DNA from: a virus
Length of the DNA: 64,000 nt
Virus record (IMG/VR): IMGVR_UViG_3300005077_000006
Span: 32,001-96,000 of that record
Reading direction: 5' to 3' (one strand)
In this document: in pieces, positions 9,408-18,079 of the stretch
Layout: each line of letters opens with the position of its first letter
Numbering within the stretch: the first letter of the stretch is position 1
Made by a program: the position numbers and the translations under genes
The notes under the pieces: generated by a model
Database searches by the model: none
What the model was told of the DNA's origin: nothing
What the model saw: only the letters and a program-made list of their open reading frames with translations

Positions 9408-9745
9408 CGTAGCCCTCGTTCCTCGAGGACCCGCTTCATGATGTCCTTGTCGCACTCCTTGATGGCGCAGATGAAGGCCCGCGCGGCGGGACACTCCCAG
9501 CAGGGGGAGTACTCGGCAGCACAGTCCAACTGCTCCTTCACGATCGGCCACTCCTCCTTCATCCGCATCATCGCGTTGCGTGCATCATCCAGTGGGTCAG
9601 GTGGAATGTCGTCCGGATCGACCCTTCCCTCCAGCAGGTCCACCAGCTTCTCGCGTTCGATTCCGCGATGCGCCGCGTAGAAACCTTTCTGCCAGCAGAG
9701 GGCCACGAGTTCGGACACGTTCATCTGATCGTAGTCGAGCATCAT
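9404..9745 (-). CDS. Hypothetical protein with Cys cluster
   Basis: AAGGAGG RBS; LDC...PCWECP...C. Confidence 0.65.
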   Translation of the reverse strand: MMLDYDQMNVSELVALCWQKGFYAAHRGIEREKLVDLLEGRVDPDDIPPDPLDDARNAMMRMKEEWPIVKEQLDCAAEYSPCWECPAARAFICAIKECDKDIMKRVLEERGLR

Positions 9746-10181
9746 AGGCCTCCTTCGTCAGGCCCACCTCCTCCTCTGGGATCTCCCGGAGCCGCACGTA
9801 GATCCCCGGGTTCTTGGGATCGCAGTGCTTCTCCAGCCTCACCCGGAAGTTGTGGCTGTCGTCGAGTCCCACGGCTTCAGCCGTGGTGTCCTCGATCAGT
9901 TTGACTTGGTTGCTGAGGTCGATCTTCTTGTAGCGGGCTCCCACGGTGGACTTCTTCACCTCCACTTCCTCGAAGAAGACGGCCAGCGTCAGCTCGTAGG
10001 GCACGTTCTGGCGCAGGTGCATGAAGGCCACCCTCCCCTCCTTCTGGATGGTGCGCATGGCCTTGACCTTGAAGGCGCGTGCCTTGTCGGACAAGATCCG
10101 CCCCTTCCCGGTAGGGTGCTTGATGTAGATCTGATTCGAGGAGGGTGGCAGGTGCGGCACCCACACGAGCAGCTCGCTCAT
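9597..10181 (-). CDS. rusA: RusA-like Holliday junction resolvase
   Basis: LPPSSN...R..S; KIDLSNQVKLIED...GLDDS matches the RusA D-x-x-N-x-x-K-x-x-x-D...DD pattern; ATGA coupling at 10178-10181. Confidence 0.75.
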   Translation of the reverse strand: MSELLVWVPHLPPSSNQIYIKHPTGKGRILSDKARAFKVKAMRTIQKEGRVAFMHLRQNVPYELTLAVFFEEVEVKKSTVGARYKKIDLSNQVKLIEDTTAEAVGLDDSHNFRVRLEKHCDPKNPGIYVRLREIPEEEVGLTKEAYDARLRSDERVRTRGPLLAERFLRGASRNRTREAGGPAGGKGRSGRHST

Positions 10182-10780
10182 CTGCGTCCCCTGCGGAACT
10201 TGTCCAGCACGGACTGATGGGTGTCCCTTCGGTCCTGCCCTGGCCCCGGCCTGCGCGAGATGCCGACCGCCTTGCCCTCCGCGTTCTGCCGGGACTCCAG
10301 CACTGCGTAGGACCGGGAGACCGTCTCGATGTCCCGCTTGAGCCCATCCACGATGCCCACCAGCAGGCGGTACTTGGTGTCGCAGAACTCGAAGTTCGCG
10401 TCCGCCTCCACATACCGACGGTCCAGACGGGTCTCGTCGTCCTTGTCGGCCACCGTCCCGGACTTGGTCTTTCGGATCCGGGACCAGGCGAACGTGCGCC
10501 TCTTCTCGGCAGCGTTGCGCTGGCCCTCCGCCAGCTTCAACTGGCCGATGGCGTATCCGTACCAGGTGGTGAACTGGCCGATCAGCCGCTGGATCTCGGC
10601 GAAGCTGCACAGGCTGAGATCGGGCGGCAGGTGGGGGAACTCGTCGAACTCCCCGGCTCTGTCGGTGGGGCGCGTGGACACCGACAATCCCATGTCGATG
10701 ATCGCGGCCTCTGCTTTGTCGGGGGCCTCAGAGTAGACCTTCATCCCCTCGTCATAGGTGACTTCGAAGCTCGCCATCAC
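10178..10780 (-). CDS. Helical protein, UvsY-like recombination mediator (tentative)
   Basis: Long helical WYGYA...TVADKDDETRLDRRY...VSR region; lies in the RecA/SSB operon. Confidence 0.4.
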   Translation of the reverse strand: MMASFEVTYDEGMKVYSEAPDKAEAAIIDMGLSVSTRPTDRAGEFDEFPHLPPDLSLCSFAEIQRLIGQFTTWYGYAIGQLKLAEGQRNAAEKRRTFAWSRIRKTKSGTVADKDDETRLDRRYVEADANFEFCDTKYRLLVGIVDGLKRDIETVSRSYAVLESRQNAEGKAVGISRRPGPGQDRRDTHQSVLDKFRRGRR

Positions 10781-11661
10781 GCCTCCTTTCTCTTGCGGAA
10801 CGCGGAGGTCACACGAGCATCAGGACCCTTGGTGCGGCGCGGGGGCGCACACACCTTGCGGTACTTGCAGTTGGAGCAGTGCCAACCGTTCTCCCGCTCC
10901 GGCGGATCGCCCATGATGGCGCGCTCCTGCACGAACGAGAGCTTCTTCTCGATCGCACTCCAGATTGCCGGGTCGAAGACGTGGGCGTACTCCGCCATGC
11001 TGCTGTCGTTCTTGTTGTAGTAGACGAACACCATCACCGGCAGGTCCAGGCAGCGCTGGTAGATCGTGCCCTGCGTAATGTGCTCGGGGTGCGGACTGGA
11101 GGTCTTCTTGTAGCCCGCGTCGTTGATGGTCTTGATCTCGATGCCGAAGCGAAGAGACAGACCAGGTACGGTCACCTCGTAGATCCCGTCCGTGTGCCCG
11201 GAGAGATCCATCTGGTCGGCGATGCCCCCGTCCTCTGGACTGACCACCGCCTCCGGGCAGAACCGCTCTGTCCCGTTGCTCTGCTCAGCCACCTGCTCGA
11301 GGTAGGCCTGGAGCTGAGCGTGTACGGCCGATCCAGTGTCCAGTAGAGCACGCATCCGAGGCTCCCAGGCCCCCTCTGATTCCTCACCCACCAGGTCGTA
11401 GTAGAGGAGCCGGGCACAGCCGATCGAGTACCGGCCGCATAGAGACTTGCCCGTGGCTCCGCCAACGGTTGATGCGTGGAAAACGTGGGTCCGCCGATTC
11501 TGCCCGAGGTCGAAGGTAACCTTCAGGTGCTTCAGCGGCTCCACGTTGAGGTCCTCCAGGAACGCGTGGATGCGTGTGACCACGGATGCCTGGGGAAGCA
11601 GCTTCCGCAAGACCTGCGGTGTCAGCTTCTCCAGGTCGCTGATTGTCAGTAGTTCATGCAC
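10777..11661 (-). CDS. PD-(D/E)XK exonuclease, Cas4-like
   Basis: GC-x-R...G-x-x-x-H...SGHTDG...IEIKT...Q-x-x-x-Y...C-x-x-C-x-Y-x-x-x-C (Fe-S-type Cys arrangement). Confidence 0.8.
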   Translation of the reverse strand: MHELLTISDLEKLTPQVLRKLLPQASVVTRIHAFLEDLNVEPLKHLKVTFDLGQNRRTHVFHASTVGGATGKSLCGRYSIGCARLLYYDLVGEESEGAWEPRMRALLDTGSAVHAQLQAYLEQVAEQSNGTERFCPEAVVSPEDGGIADQMDLSGHTDGIYEVTVPGLSLRFGIEIKTINDAGYKKTSSPHPEHITQGTIYQRCLDLPVMVFVYYNKNDSSMAEYAHVFDPAIWSAIEKKLSFVQERAIMGDPPERENGWHCSNCKYRKVCAPPRRTKGPDARVTSAFRKRKEA

Positions 11662-12175
11662 GCATCTTCTCCACGATTGCTAGGAACAGTTCGTAGGGGA
11701 CGGCCACGAATTGGCGGCCGAGTTGTCGGAAGTTGATCACCAGGCCGGGCCACTCCCCGGCCTGGTTGGCGTGATGCACCACCTTCTGGAGATCCTCGAC
11801 CTCCAGTCGGTAGCCCTTGATGCTGTCCGTGTACTTGTGTTCCAGCCGCCACTCATCGATCTTCCTGATGTCGGCCTTGGTGTCCTGGTTGCCCGAGCCG
11901 GGCGTGGTCCTCCCCCCGATGTCCTGAGCCACGCCCGCCTCGAGCTTCCTGGAGATCTTGATCTGCCGTCGCCTCTCCTGCTTGGTGGCCACGGACTCAC
12001 GCTTGGTCTGGAACTTGATGACGAACCCCTTGTCCTGGCAGGCATCACAGAGGCGGAACTCCTGTAGCCGCACCTCTCCCTGCCGGAGCTCGTACTGGGT
12101 GGTCTCCCGGACGCGGCCGCAGTGAGAGCACTGCTTGCCGAACCCGAGATAGCGCACCACGAGCTCCAGGATCAT
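11654..12175 (-). CDS. Hjc-type PD-(D/E)XK resolvase with N-terminal zinc ribbon
   Basis: CSHC...LCDAC; E...GGRTTPGSGN...KADI...LEHKYT; ATGA coupling at 12172-12175. Confidence 0.7.
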   Translation of the reverse strand: MILELVVRYLGFGKQCSHCGRVRETTQYELRQGEVRLQEFRLCDACQDKGFVIKFQTKRESVATKQERRRQIKISRKLEAGVAQDIGGRTTPGSGNQDTKADIRKIDEWRLEHKYTDSIKGYRLEVEDLQKVVHHANQAGEWPGLVINFRQLGRQFVAVPYELFLAIVEKMRA

Positions 12176-13470
12176 TGCTCGTCCTTGTAGCGCACGTGAT
12201 TCAGGTTGGCCTGCCGCAGCATGGCTGCCCACAGCTTCTGCTTCAGCTCCGGATCTTCTCCCAGGGCTGTGAGTACCTCCTCCTTGCCCCTCCACTTGTA
12301 GTCCTCGAAGGAGTAGTTGGCGCCGCCACGATCGAAGATCCCGAAGGTGGAGCAGTAGGTGAAGAAGTCGAAGTCGACATCCACCTCCGGCGGGTTGAAG
12401 TAGTACCGGAACGCGCCGGTCTTACCCTCGTGCGTCCCCGCCTTCCCCTTCGTCAGCTCCCACTTGATCTCCTTGCCGATCTTCACCTCCTTCGACTTGA
12501 GCGGTTCCCCAGGACGGATCTGGATGTCGAGCAGCTTGCCGTGCTTCAAGGCCCACGCCCCACCAACCTTGTACTCCCGGGCGTACATGCCGCCCTTCAT
12601 GTTGGCGCGGACCTGACGGATCCCGATGATGGACGTTTCGTTCTCGTCCTGCTTGGGGTGCTTCCCCTTCCACCCGCAGTCCCCTGCTCGGCAGAACCAG
12701 TTGTAGCCTCCCCCGCTCGTCTTCTTGTGCTCGAGCTGGAACGACCCGCACTGCGGACAGTAGAGCTTCGGGGTCAGCGCGCCCTGCACCTTCTTCATCC
12801 ACCGGGTCTGGACGTTGGAGGCCGCGGCCACGCGAGCGTCCTCAGAGAGGTCGGTCTGCTCCTCCCAGGTGGTCAGCATGCTGTCCCAGGAGTCCACCGC
12901 CCCGATCTGGTAGACGTTGGAGTCGATCATGGCCACCACAGCATCCAGGTTCGCCTCCGCAGCCCCGCGCAGGATGTGGAACTGACCGCAGTCAGTGTCG
13001 TCCTGCAGGTCTGCGATCTCCCCCTTCTCCAGTGGCGCCTCCCCACGCTCCCGCCGCCGGCGCATCTCGATGCCGATCTCGTAGTCCGAGAAGGGCACCT
13101 TGAAGCCGAGGTGGCGGGCGTACATCTTGTCGAAGGGGAACTCCATGCAGAGCATGAAGATCTTCGTCTCGGCACCGTACAGCTTCTGCACCCTGGCGAA
13201 GTAGCTGTAGGTCAGTAGGTTCTTGCCCGCACCATCCGGGCCGTCGATCTGCGTCAGGCCACCCGCAGGGATCCCTCCCCCGGTCGCGATGTCCAGCGAA
13301 GGGATACCGCACGGTCGGCGCAGGTCGAACCTGCCCTCCAGGTCGGAGCCACGCTGCAACACCACGCCTCGCCCACCCAGCTCCGCCTGCAGGACCTCGA
13401 ACAGCTCGTTCACGTCGGCCCGCATGGGCCTACCGGCGGCTGTGGTCGGGGTTCGCTTCTTCGCTGCCAC
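12172..13470 (-). CDS. recA: RecA/UvsX-like recombinase
   Basis: GIPSLDIATGGGIPAGGLTQIDGPDGAGKN (Walker A), AVDSWDSM (Walker B), IRQVR, GGAWALKH; AAAGGAG RBS before GTG 13470. Confidence 0.9.
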   Translation of the reverse strand: MAAKKRTPTTAAGRPMRADVNELFEVLQAELGGRGVVLQRGSDLEGRFDLRRPCGIPSLDIATGGGIPAGGLTQIDGPDGAGKNLLTYSYFARVQKLYGAETKIFMLCMEFPFDKMYARHLGFKVPFSDYEIGIEMRRRRERGEAPLEKGEIADLQDDTDCGQFHILRGAAEANLDAVVAMIDSNVYQIGAVDSWDSMLTTWEEQTDLSEDARVAAASNVQTRWMKKVQGALTPKLYCPQCGSFQLEHKKTSGGGYNWFCRAGDCGWKGKHPKQDENETSIIGIRQVRANMKGGMYAREYKVGGAWALKHGKLLDIQIRPGEPLKSKEVKIGKEIKWELTKGKAGTHEGKTGAFRYYFNPPEVDVDFDFFTYCSTFGIFDRGGANYSFEDYKWRGKEEVLTALGEDPELKQKLWAAMLRQANLNHVRYKDEQ

Positions 13471-13615
13471 CGTCAGGTCTCCTTTCGTATGGCTCGGTAC
13501 CACGGTCGGGATCGAGAGGGACGTTCGTGTCTGGGTGGGGATCCTTCTCCCCCGCCCCTGCTTTCTTCTCCTTGGGCACCTTCTTGGGATCGATCTCCAC
13601 TCCGTACTTCTCCAT
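13430..13615 (-). CDS. Small hypothetical protein (MEKYGV...)
   Basis: Strong AAAGGAGA RBS before ATG; overlaps the HU tail and the recA start. Confidence 0.55.
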   Translation of the reverse strand: MEKYGVEIDPKKVPKEKKAGAGEKDPHPDTNVPLDPDRGTEPYERRPDGGSEEANPDHSRR

Positions 13616-13955
13616 GTTGCTTCTCCTTTCTGATTAGCCCAAAGCGTTGGGCTAGGTTCTCCTCCTTGTATAGCTCAGTCGACGCGCGCACGTCCTCGCG
13701 CAAGGTGTCGTTGGCGTAGAACTTCACCTTGCGTGTAGGCGGGATCCGAACACGCAATCCCGTGACTGGATTGCGTCCTGATCGTGCCGCCATTGGGCAG
13801 TTGCGCAACCAACCAAGCCCGCGCAGATGGACGTCTCTCCCGTCCACCAACGCCCGAAAGACGACGCGGAAGAACACTCGCAGGATGGCGCGGATCTCCC
13901 TCCGCGTGTAGTGCGTCTCGTCCGCGATGGTCGAGACCAGCTCGTGGAACCGCAT
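13473..13955 (-). CDS. HU/IHF-family DNA-binding protein
   Basis: ELVSTIA...ALVDGRDVHLRGLG...ARSGRNPVTG...IPP.RKVKF. Confidence 0.85.
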   Translation of the reverse strand: MRFHELVSTIADETHYTRREIRAILRVFFRVVFRALVDGRDVHLRGLGWLRNCPMAARSGRNPVTGLRVRIPPTRKVKFYANDTLREDVRASTELYKEENLAQRFGLIRKEKQHGEVRSGDRSQEGAQGEESRGGGEGSPPRHERPSRSRPWYRAIRKET

Positions 13956-13958
13956 GGG

Positions 13959-15941
13959 TCACGCCTTCGCAGACGACCAGGAGTAGCCCTTGCCGGCGTC
14001 CACATCCAGAGGCACCAGCAGGTCTGACTCGAAGGGGTGTTCCATGAGGTTGCAGATGATCGGCATGGCCTCGTTCACGTTCTCCTCCGGTACCTCGAAC
14101 AGGAGTTCGTCGTGTACCTGGAGCAGCATCTCCACGCCGAGGTTGCGCAGCTCGGGGCTGAACTCGCAGCGGATCATGGCCATCTTGGCCACGTCAGCGG
14201 CACTGCCCTGGATGACCGAGTTGACGGACTGCCGCTCTGCTCTGGCCAGGTTGGCCTTCGCGGAGCCAGGCAGGTTCCAGCGGCTCATCTTCCGCAGGAG
14301 GGGAGTGATCCCCGACATCTCGTGGAAGCGGCGGGGCCGACCGAGGATCGTCTCCACCATGCCATGCTCGGCGATGAAGCCGTGGACGCCATAGATGAAG
14401 TCCCGGACGCTGGGGTACGGCTTGAAGTAGGTCTCCTTCAGCTCCTTCGCCTTCGCCTGAGAGACACCGAGCGTCTTGGCCAGCTTGTCGATGCCCTCGC
14501 CATAGTTCAGGCCGAAGCCGATGCTCTTGGCAGCCTGCCGGTCGAAGCACATCTGCTTCTCGAGCTCGGTCAGCGCCGTGAAAGGGAGTCCCTTGTCCTT
14601 GAGCTTGGCGACTTCCTTCTTCCGCTTGCCTGCCGCGATGATCGCGTCGTAGTCGTGGTCGAACATGAGGGCTGCAGTGCCGGCGTGGATGTCCCAGCCC
14701 CTCTGGATGACGCCGATCATGTTCTCGTCCTGGGAGTAGTGCGCCATGAGCCGCATCTCGAGCTGCTCGTAGTCCACGACCACCAGGATGTGGTCCTGCT
14801 TGGGCATGAACGCAGACCGGATGCCGAACGCATCGGTGCCGGGCCGCGGGATGTTCTGCAGGTTGGGATCGATCGAGCTGAGTCGGCCGGTGACGGTGAC
14901 GTGCTGGGTGAGCGTGGGATGGATGCGGAGGTCGTCGTCCGCCCACTTCGCCAGACCATCCACGTAGGTGCCCTTCATCTTCACCAGTCCGCGGATCTCC
15001 AGGATGAGCTGAGCGGCCTCGACTCCCTTGTCTGCCAGCTTCGATAGCACCTCTTCATCGGTGGATGGCTGCCGGTTGCCGCTGGCACCACCACCCGTGT
15101 ACTTGACCACGTCCAGTCCGAGCTTGCCGAACAACAGCTCCCGAAGCTGGGGCGTGCTCTTGGGGTTGATCTCCCGACCCGCGATCTTGGTCAGCTTCTT
15201 GTGGGCTGCATCGATCTGGCCCTGGATGCGCGGGGACAGCTCGTCCAGATAGCCGAGGTCCACCATGATGCCCCGCCGGCAGCACTCGTAGAGCACGCGG
15301 GTGAAGGGCATCTCCACTTCCTCGAAGTAGTCCCAGAGCGGCATGCCATCCAGGCTGGACTGCTTCCCGAGCTGCTCCTTGAGGTGATGGAACACGCGGA
15401 AGGTCGCCCAGGCGTCCAGAGAGGAGTAGGAGTAGGCCTTGTCTGGGTCCGTGCGCAGCACGCGCATGAAGCGGTCGACGACGTTCTCGTTCTTCTGCTT
15501 CTCGGGGAAGATCGCCTTGAACTCGTTCATGTTGAGACCGAGGTGGTCCCAGGCCGTCTCCTTCAAGCCGTGGCGACCCTGGCGGTTCTCGTCGTAGAGC
15601 CAGTCCATGGCGAGCGTGCAGTAGGCATCCCCTCTGGGTACCCTCACTCCCGAGTTCTTGATCATCGAGAAGTCGAAGGTCTGATTGGTGTAGTACCACC
15701 GGATGTCCGGGTCCTGCGAGAGCTCCTTGTCGTACAGTTCCAGCATCTCCCTGGAGAAGCAGTACCTGGATCGCTCATCTGGACAAGCAGACCAGATGAT
15801 CACGGAGTCGCGTGCCCTGTCGAGGCCGGTGGTCTCGGTATCTTGTGCGCACTCACCTGTGTCGCGGACATGCCGGGCGAACTTCATGAAGTCTTCCGGC
15901 GTGTCCACCCAGGTGACGGGGGGAACGTACTGGGTTGCCAT
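13959..15941 (-). CDS. polA: Family A DNA polymerase (3'-5' exonuclease + polymerase domains)
   Basis: ExoI DTETTGLD; TGRLSS.DPNLQNIP; motif A DYEQLEMR; motif B RQAAKSIGFGLNYG; motif C QVHDEL. Confidence 0.95.
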   Translation of the reverse strand: MATQYVPPVTWVDTPEDFMKFARHVRDTGECAQDTETTGLDRARDSVIIWSACPDERSRYCFSREMLELYDKELSQDPDIRWYYTNQTFDFSMIKNSGVRVPRGDAYCTLAMDWLYDENRQGRHGLKETAWDHLGLNMNEFKAIFPEKQKNENVVDRFMRVLRTDPDKAYSYSSLDAWATFRVFHHLKEQLGKQSSLDGMPLWDYFEEVEMPFTRVLYECCRRGIMVDLGYLDELSPRIQGQIDAAHKKLTKIAGREINPKSTPQLRELLFGKLGLDVVKYTGGGASGNRQPSTDEEVLSKLADKGVEAAQLILEIRGLVKMKGTYVDGLAKWADDDLRIHPTLTQHVTVTGRLSSIDPNLQNIPRPGTDAFGIRSAFMPKQDHILVVVDYEQLEMRLMAHYSQDENMIGVIQRGWDIHAGTAALMFDHDYDAIIAAGKRKKEVAKLKDKGLPFTALTELEKQMCFDRQAAKSIGFGLNYGEGIDKLAKTLGVSQAKAKELKETYFKPYPSVRDFIYGVHGFIAEHGMVETILGRPRRFHEMSGITPLLRKMSRWNLPGSAKANLARAERQSVNSVIQGSAADVAKMAMIRCEFSPELRNLGVEMLLQVHDELLFEVPEENVNEAMPIICNLMEHPFESDLLVPLDVDAGKGYSWSSAKA

Positions 15942-15950
15942 TTGTCCTCC

Positions 15951-15989
15951 AAAACATGGGGGAGCGTCCCCGTAGAGGACGCTCCCCCA
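15951..15989 (-). terminator. Hairpin with U-rich tail between SSB-like gene and polA
   Basis: TGGGGGAGCGTCC-N7-GGACGCTCCCCCA 13-bp stem; followed on the - strand by TGTTTT and then the polA GGAGG. Confidence 0.65.
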
Positions 15990-15995
15990 ATCGGC

Positions 15996-17087
15996 CTACG
16001 ACTCGAAGTCGGCCTCGTCCGTGTAGTCCCGCGACTGGTCCTCCGGCTCCTTGCCCCCGTAGGGGTTCCGGATCTTGAGCACCTTCGCCTGCCACTCGAA
16101 CGGATCCGGCGCGAACACGCGCTTGAAGGGCCAGGGCTTCGCCAGCTCCTTCAGCTCATCCGACAGCTCGGTGGGGACCCACCGGGGGATCTGGATGGTG
16201 GAGTTGGTGCCCTCGCCCTGCCGCTTGATCTCCACGTCGCAGTCGAAGATCGACATCGGCGTGGGGTCCTGGCACTTGCTGCACTCGACCTGCCGCAGCG
16301 GGAAGGCCTTGTGCCCGCACTTGCACTCCATCGGGCGGGACACGAGGCTCTGGATCGCCTTGGTGTCCAGCTCGGTGTTGGTGAGATCGATGAGCGGCTC
16401 GGCGCACTTGGCGCACTCGTAGAGCACCTCCTCGAGCGTCCCGCGACCGCCGCAGTTGGCGCAGTCCTTCTCGATCTCCGTGACGATGCCGCCGAGGTCC
16501 TGAAGGTGGCCGGTCCCCAGGCTCATGTGAACCTTCTTCCCGAACACCTTCTCCAGGCCAGCCTGGCAGTGCTTGCAGCGCCGGCCCTCGCACTCGACCT
16601 TCCGGTACATCTGCTCGCCCTTCCGGTCGCCCTTGGTGTAGAGCATCGGCTTGCCGTTGTCGTCGACCAGCGGCTCCAGGTGGTAGTAGGCGAGGTGGAT
16701 GCCGTTGAAGGCGTGGAGCAGGCGCCAGGACACGTCCTCCGCACCCCGATCCCGCTCCTCACAGCCCAGGCACTTGCCCCCCACGGTGGTGAGATCGCCG
16801 TCGACGATCTTGTACTGCTTGCTGCAGATGAAGCCCTTCTGGCTCCTGGCCACGAAGTGCTCCACGTAGGGGAAGTACTCGCTCTCCAGCCCCTCGAAGT
16901 CCGTGTAGGCCCCGGGCAGGAAGCGGAACTTCGTGGTCACGTTCTGCGGCGCCTTGAACCTCCCGTTCCACCGAATGGAGAGGGAGTACCCTCCCCCACC
17001 GCCGCCCTGGTTCTCGCTCCTCCGCGTGTTGTACCCCCGAACCCTCTGGCCGAATGACGACCTTCCTCGAGTAGAGTAGCTACCCAT
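15996..17087 (-). CDS. Single-stranded DNA-binding protein (T4 gp32-like), Cys-rich
   Basis: Position between primase and polymerase; RFLP...H...C...C-x-x-C core; IKRQGEGTNST; acidic C-terminus DYTDEADFES; 15 Cys; GGAGG before ATG 17087. Confidence 0.6.
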   Translation of the reverse strand: MGSYSTRGRSSFGQRVRGYNTRRSENQGGGGGGYSLSIRWNGRFKAPQNVTTKFRFLPGAYTDFEGLESEYFPYVEHFVARSQKGFICSKQYKIVDGDLTTVGGKCLGCEERDRGAEDVSWRLLHAFNGIHLAYYHLEPLVDDNGKPMLYTKGDRKGEQMYRKVECEGRRCKHCQAGLEKVFGKKVHMSLGTGHLQDLGGIVTEIEKDCANCGGRGTLEEVLYECAKCAEPLIDLTNTELDTKAIQSLVSRPMECKCGHKAFPLRQVECSKCQDPTPMSIFDCDVEIKRQGEGTNSTIQIPRWVPTELSDELKELAKPWPFKRVFAPDPFEWQAKVLKIRNPYGGKEPEDQSRDYTDEADFES

Positions 17088-18079
17088 GGTCTCTGCCTCC
17101 AATGATGCCAGTCTTCTGCGGCGTCTAAGACCCCTAGTATGTCTGGCTTTGTGAGGTTGTCTGGTTGCGCCCGCTCGTCACACTCCTCGGGGTATGAGCA
17201 GACAAGGACTTCGAGGCCTCTCCGTCTCAGCCTCGCCCCGGTATCAACTGATCCCTCCCGTCCTGCCTTGTTGTTGTCCAGAAACAGCATGACCGTGCCT
17301 CCAAGGCAACTGAGGACACGCTCCTGCACCATCGTCATCCGGCTACCCTGCAACGCGACCACGTTCTCGATGTCCTGCTGCAGCATCCAGATGCACGCCT
17401 TGTATCCCTCGACAACGATCACCGTGTCGAGAGCGCCGTGGAACGCCTGTGGCCAGACGTTGTGCATGTTCCACAGGAAGTGGTGGTTCTTGATGTCGTA
17501 GCGCTCATAGCGCGCCTTGACCTCGGGGATGTCGGGAGCGTACTTCACCAGATCGTGGGCCTTGTAGACCTTGTACCTGGGGAACTCGTCCACGACTGTG
17601 CGTCCGGAGATGCCAACCAGGTTGCCGTAGAGGTCGCGGATTGGGAAGGTGATCCGCTGTTGCTCCAGATCGAACCCGATCTCCAGCTTCTTGAGTAGGC
17701 GCTCGTCGAAACCGTCGTTCACTAGACCCACCGGACAGTACTCGAACACGCCTAGCAAAGCCTCGTTGAGGATGATCTCCCCACGGCCGAGGGTGTCTCG
17801 TGAAGGATCGTAGATGCGCTTGGGCTGACGGCGTGACAGCTCCAATATCGCATCCACTTCCTCCGGTGAGCTCCCCATGGCGCGCAGGAACTGGATGAAC
17901 GTCCCCTTGGCGTGGCAGGAGTGGCAGAAGTACACGCCGGTATCCAGATGGATGTAGAACGACGGGTTCTTCTCCAAGCCGCCCTTGTGGAACGGGCACG
18001 GACCGCCGATGTTGTTCGGCCCGGACATCTTGACGAAGCGCAAGTAGCGCTCTGCCGCATGTCTGACCGTGTCCCTCAT
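16937..18079 (-). CDS. dnaG: DNA primase (CHC2 zinc finger + TOPRIM)
   Basis: CPFH...PSF...YFCHSC; RITFPIRD...GISGR; VVEGYKA; LFLDNNKAG. Confidence 0.9.
   Translation of the reverse strand: MRDTVRHAAERYLRFVKMSGPNNIGGPCPFHKGGLEKNPSFYIHLDTGVYFCHSCHAKGTFIQFLRAMGSSPEEVDAILELSRRQPKRIYDPSRDTLGRGEIILNEALLGVFEYCPVGLVNDGFDERLLKKLEIGFDLEQQRITFPIRDLYGNLVGISGRTVVDEFPRYKVYKAHDLVKYAPDIPEVKARYERYDIKNHHFLWNMHNVWPQAFHGALDTVIVVEGYKACIWMLQQDIENVVALQGSRMTMVQERVLSCLGGTVMLFLDNNKAGREGSVDTGARLRRRGLEVLVCSYPEECDERAQPDNLTKPDILGVLDAAEDWHHWRQRPWVATLLEEGRHSARGFGGTTRGGARTRAAVGEGTPSPFGGTGGSRRRRT

Noticed and set aside
10777-11661. Cas4-like gene as evidence of a CRISPR-Cas system
   Set aside because: No cas1/cas2 and no repeat-spacer array seen; standalone Cas4-like nucleases are common in phage replication modules
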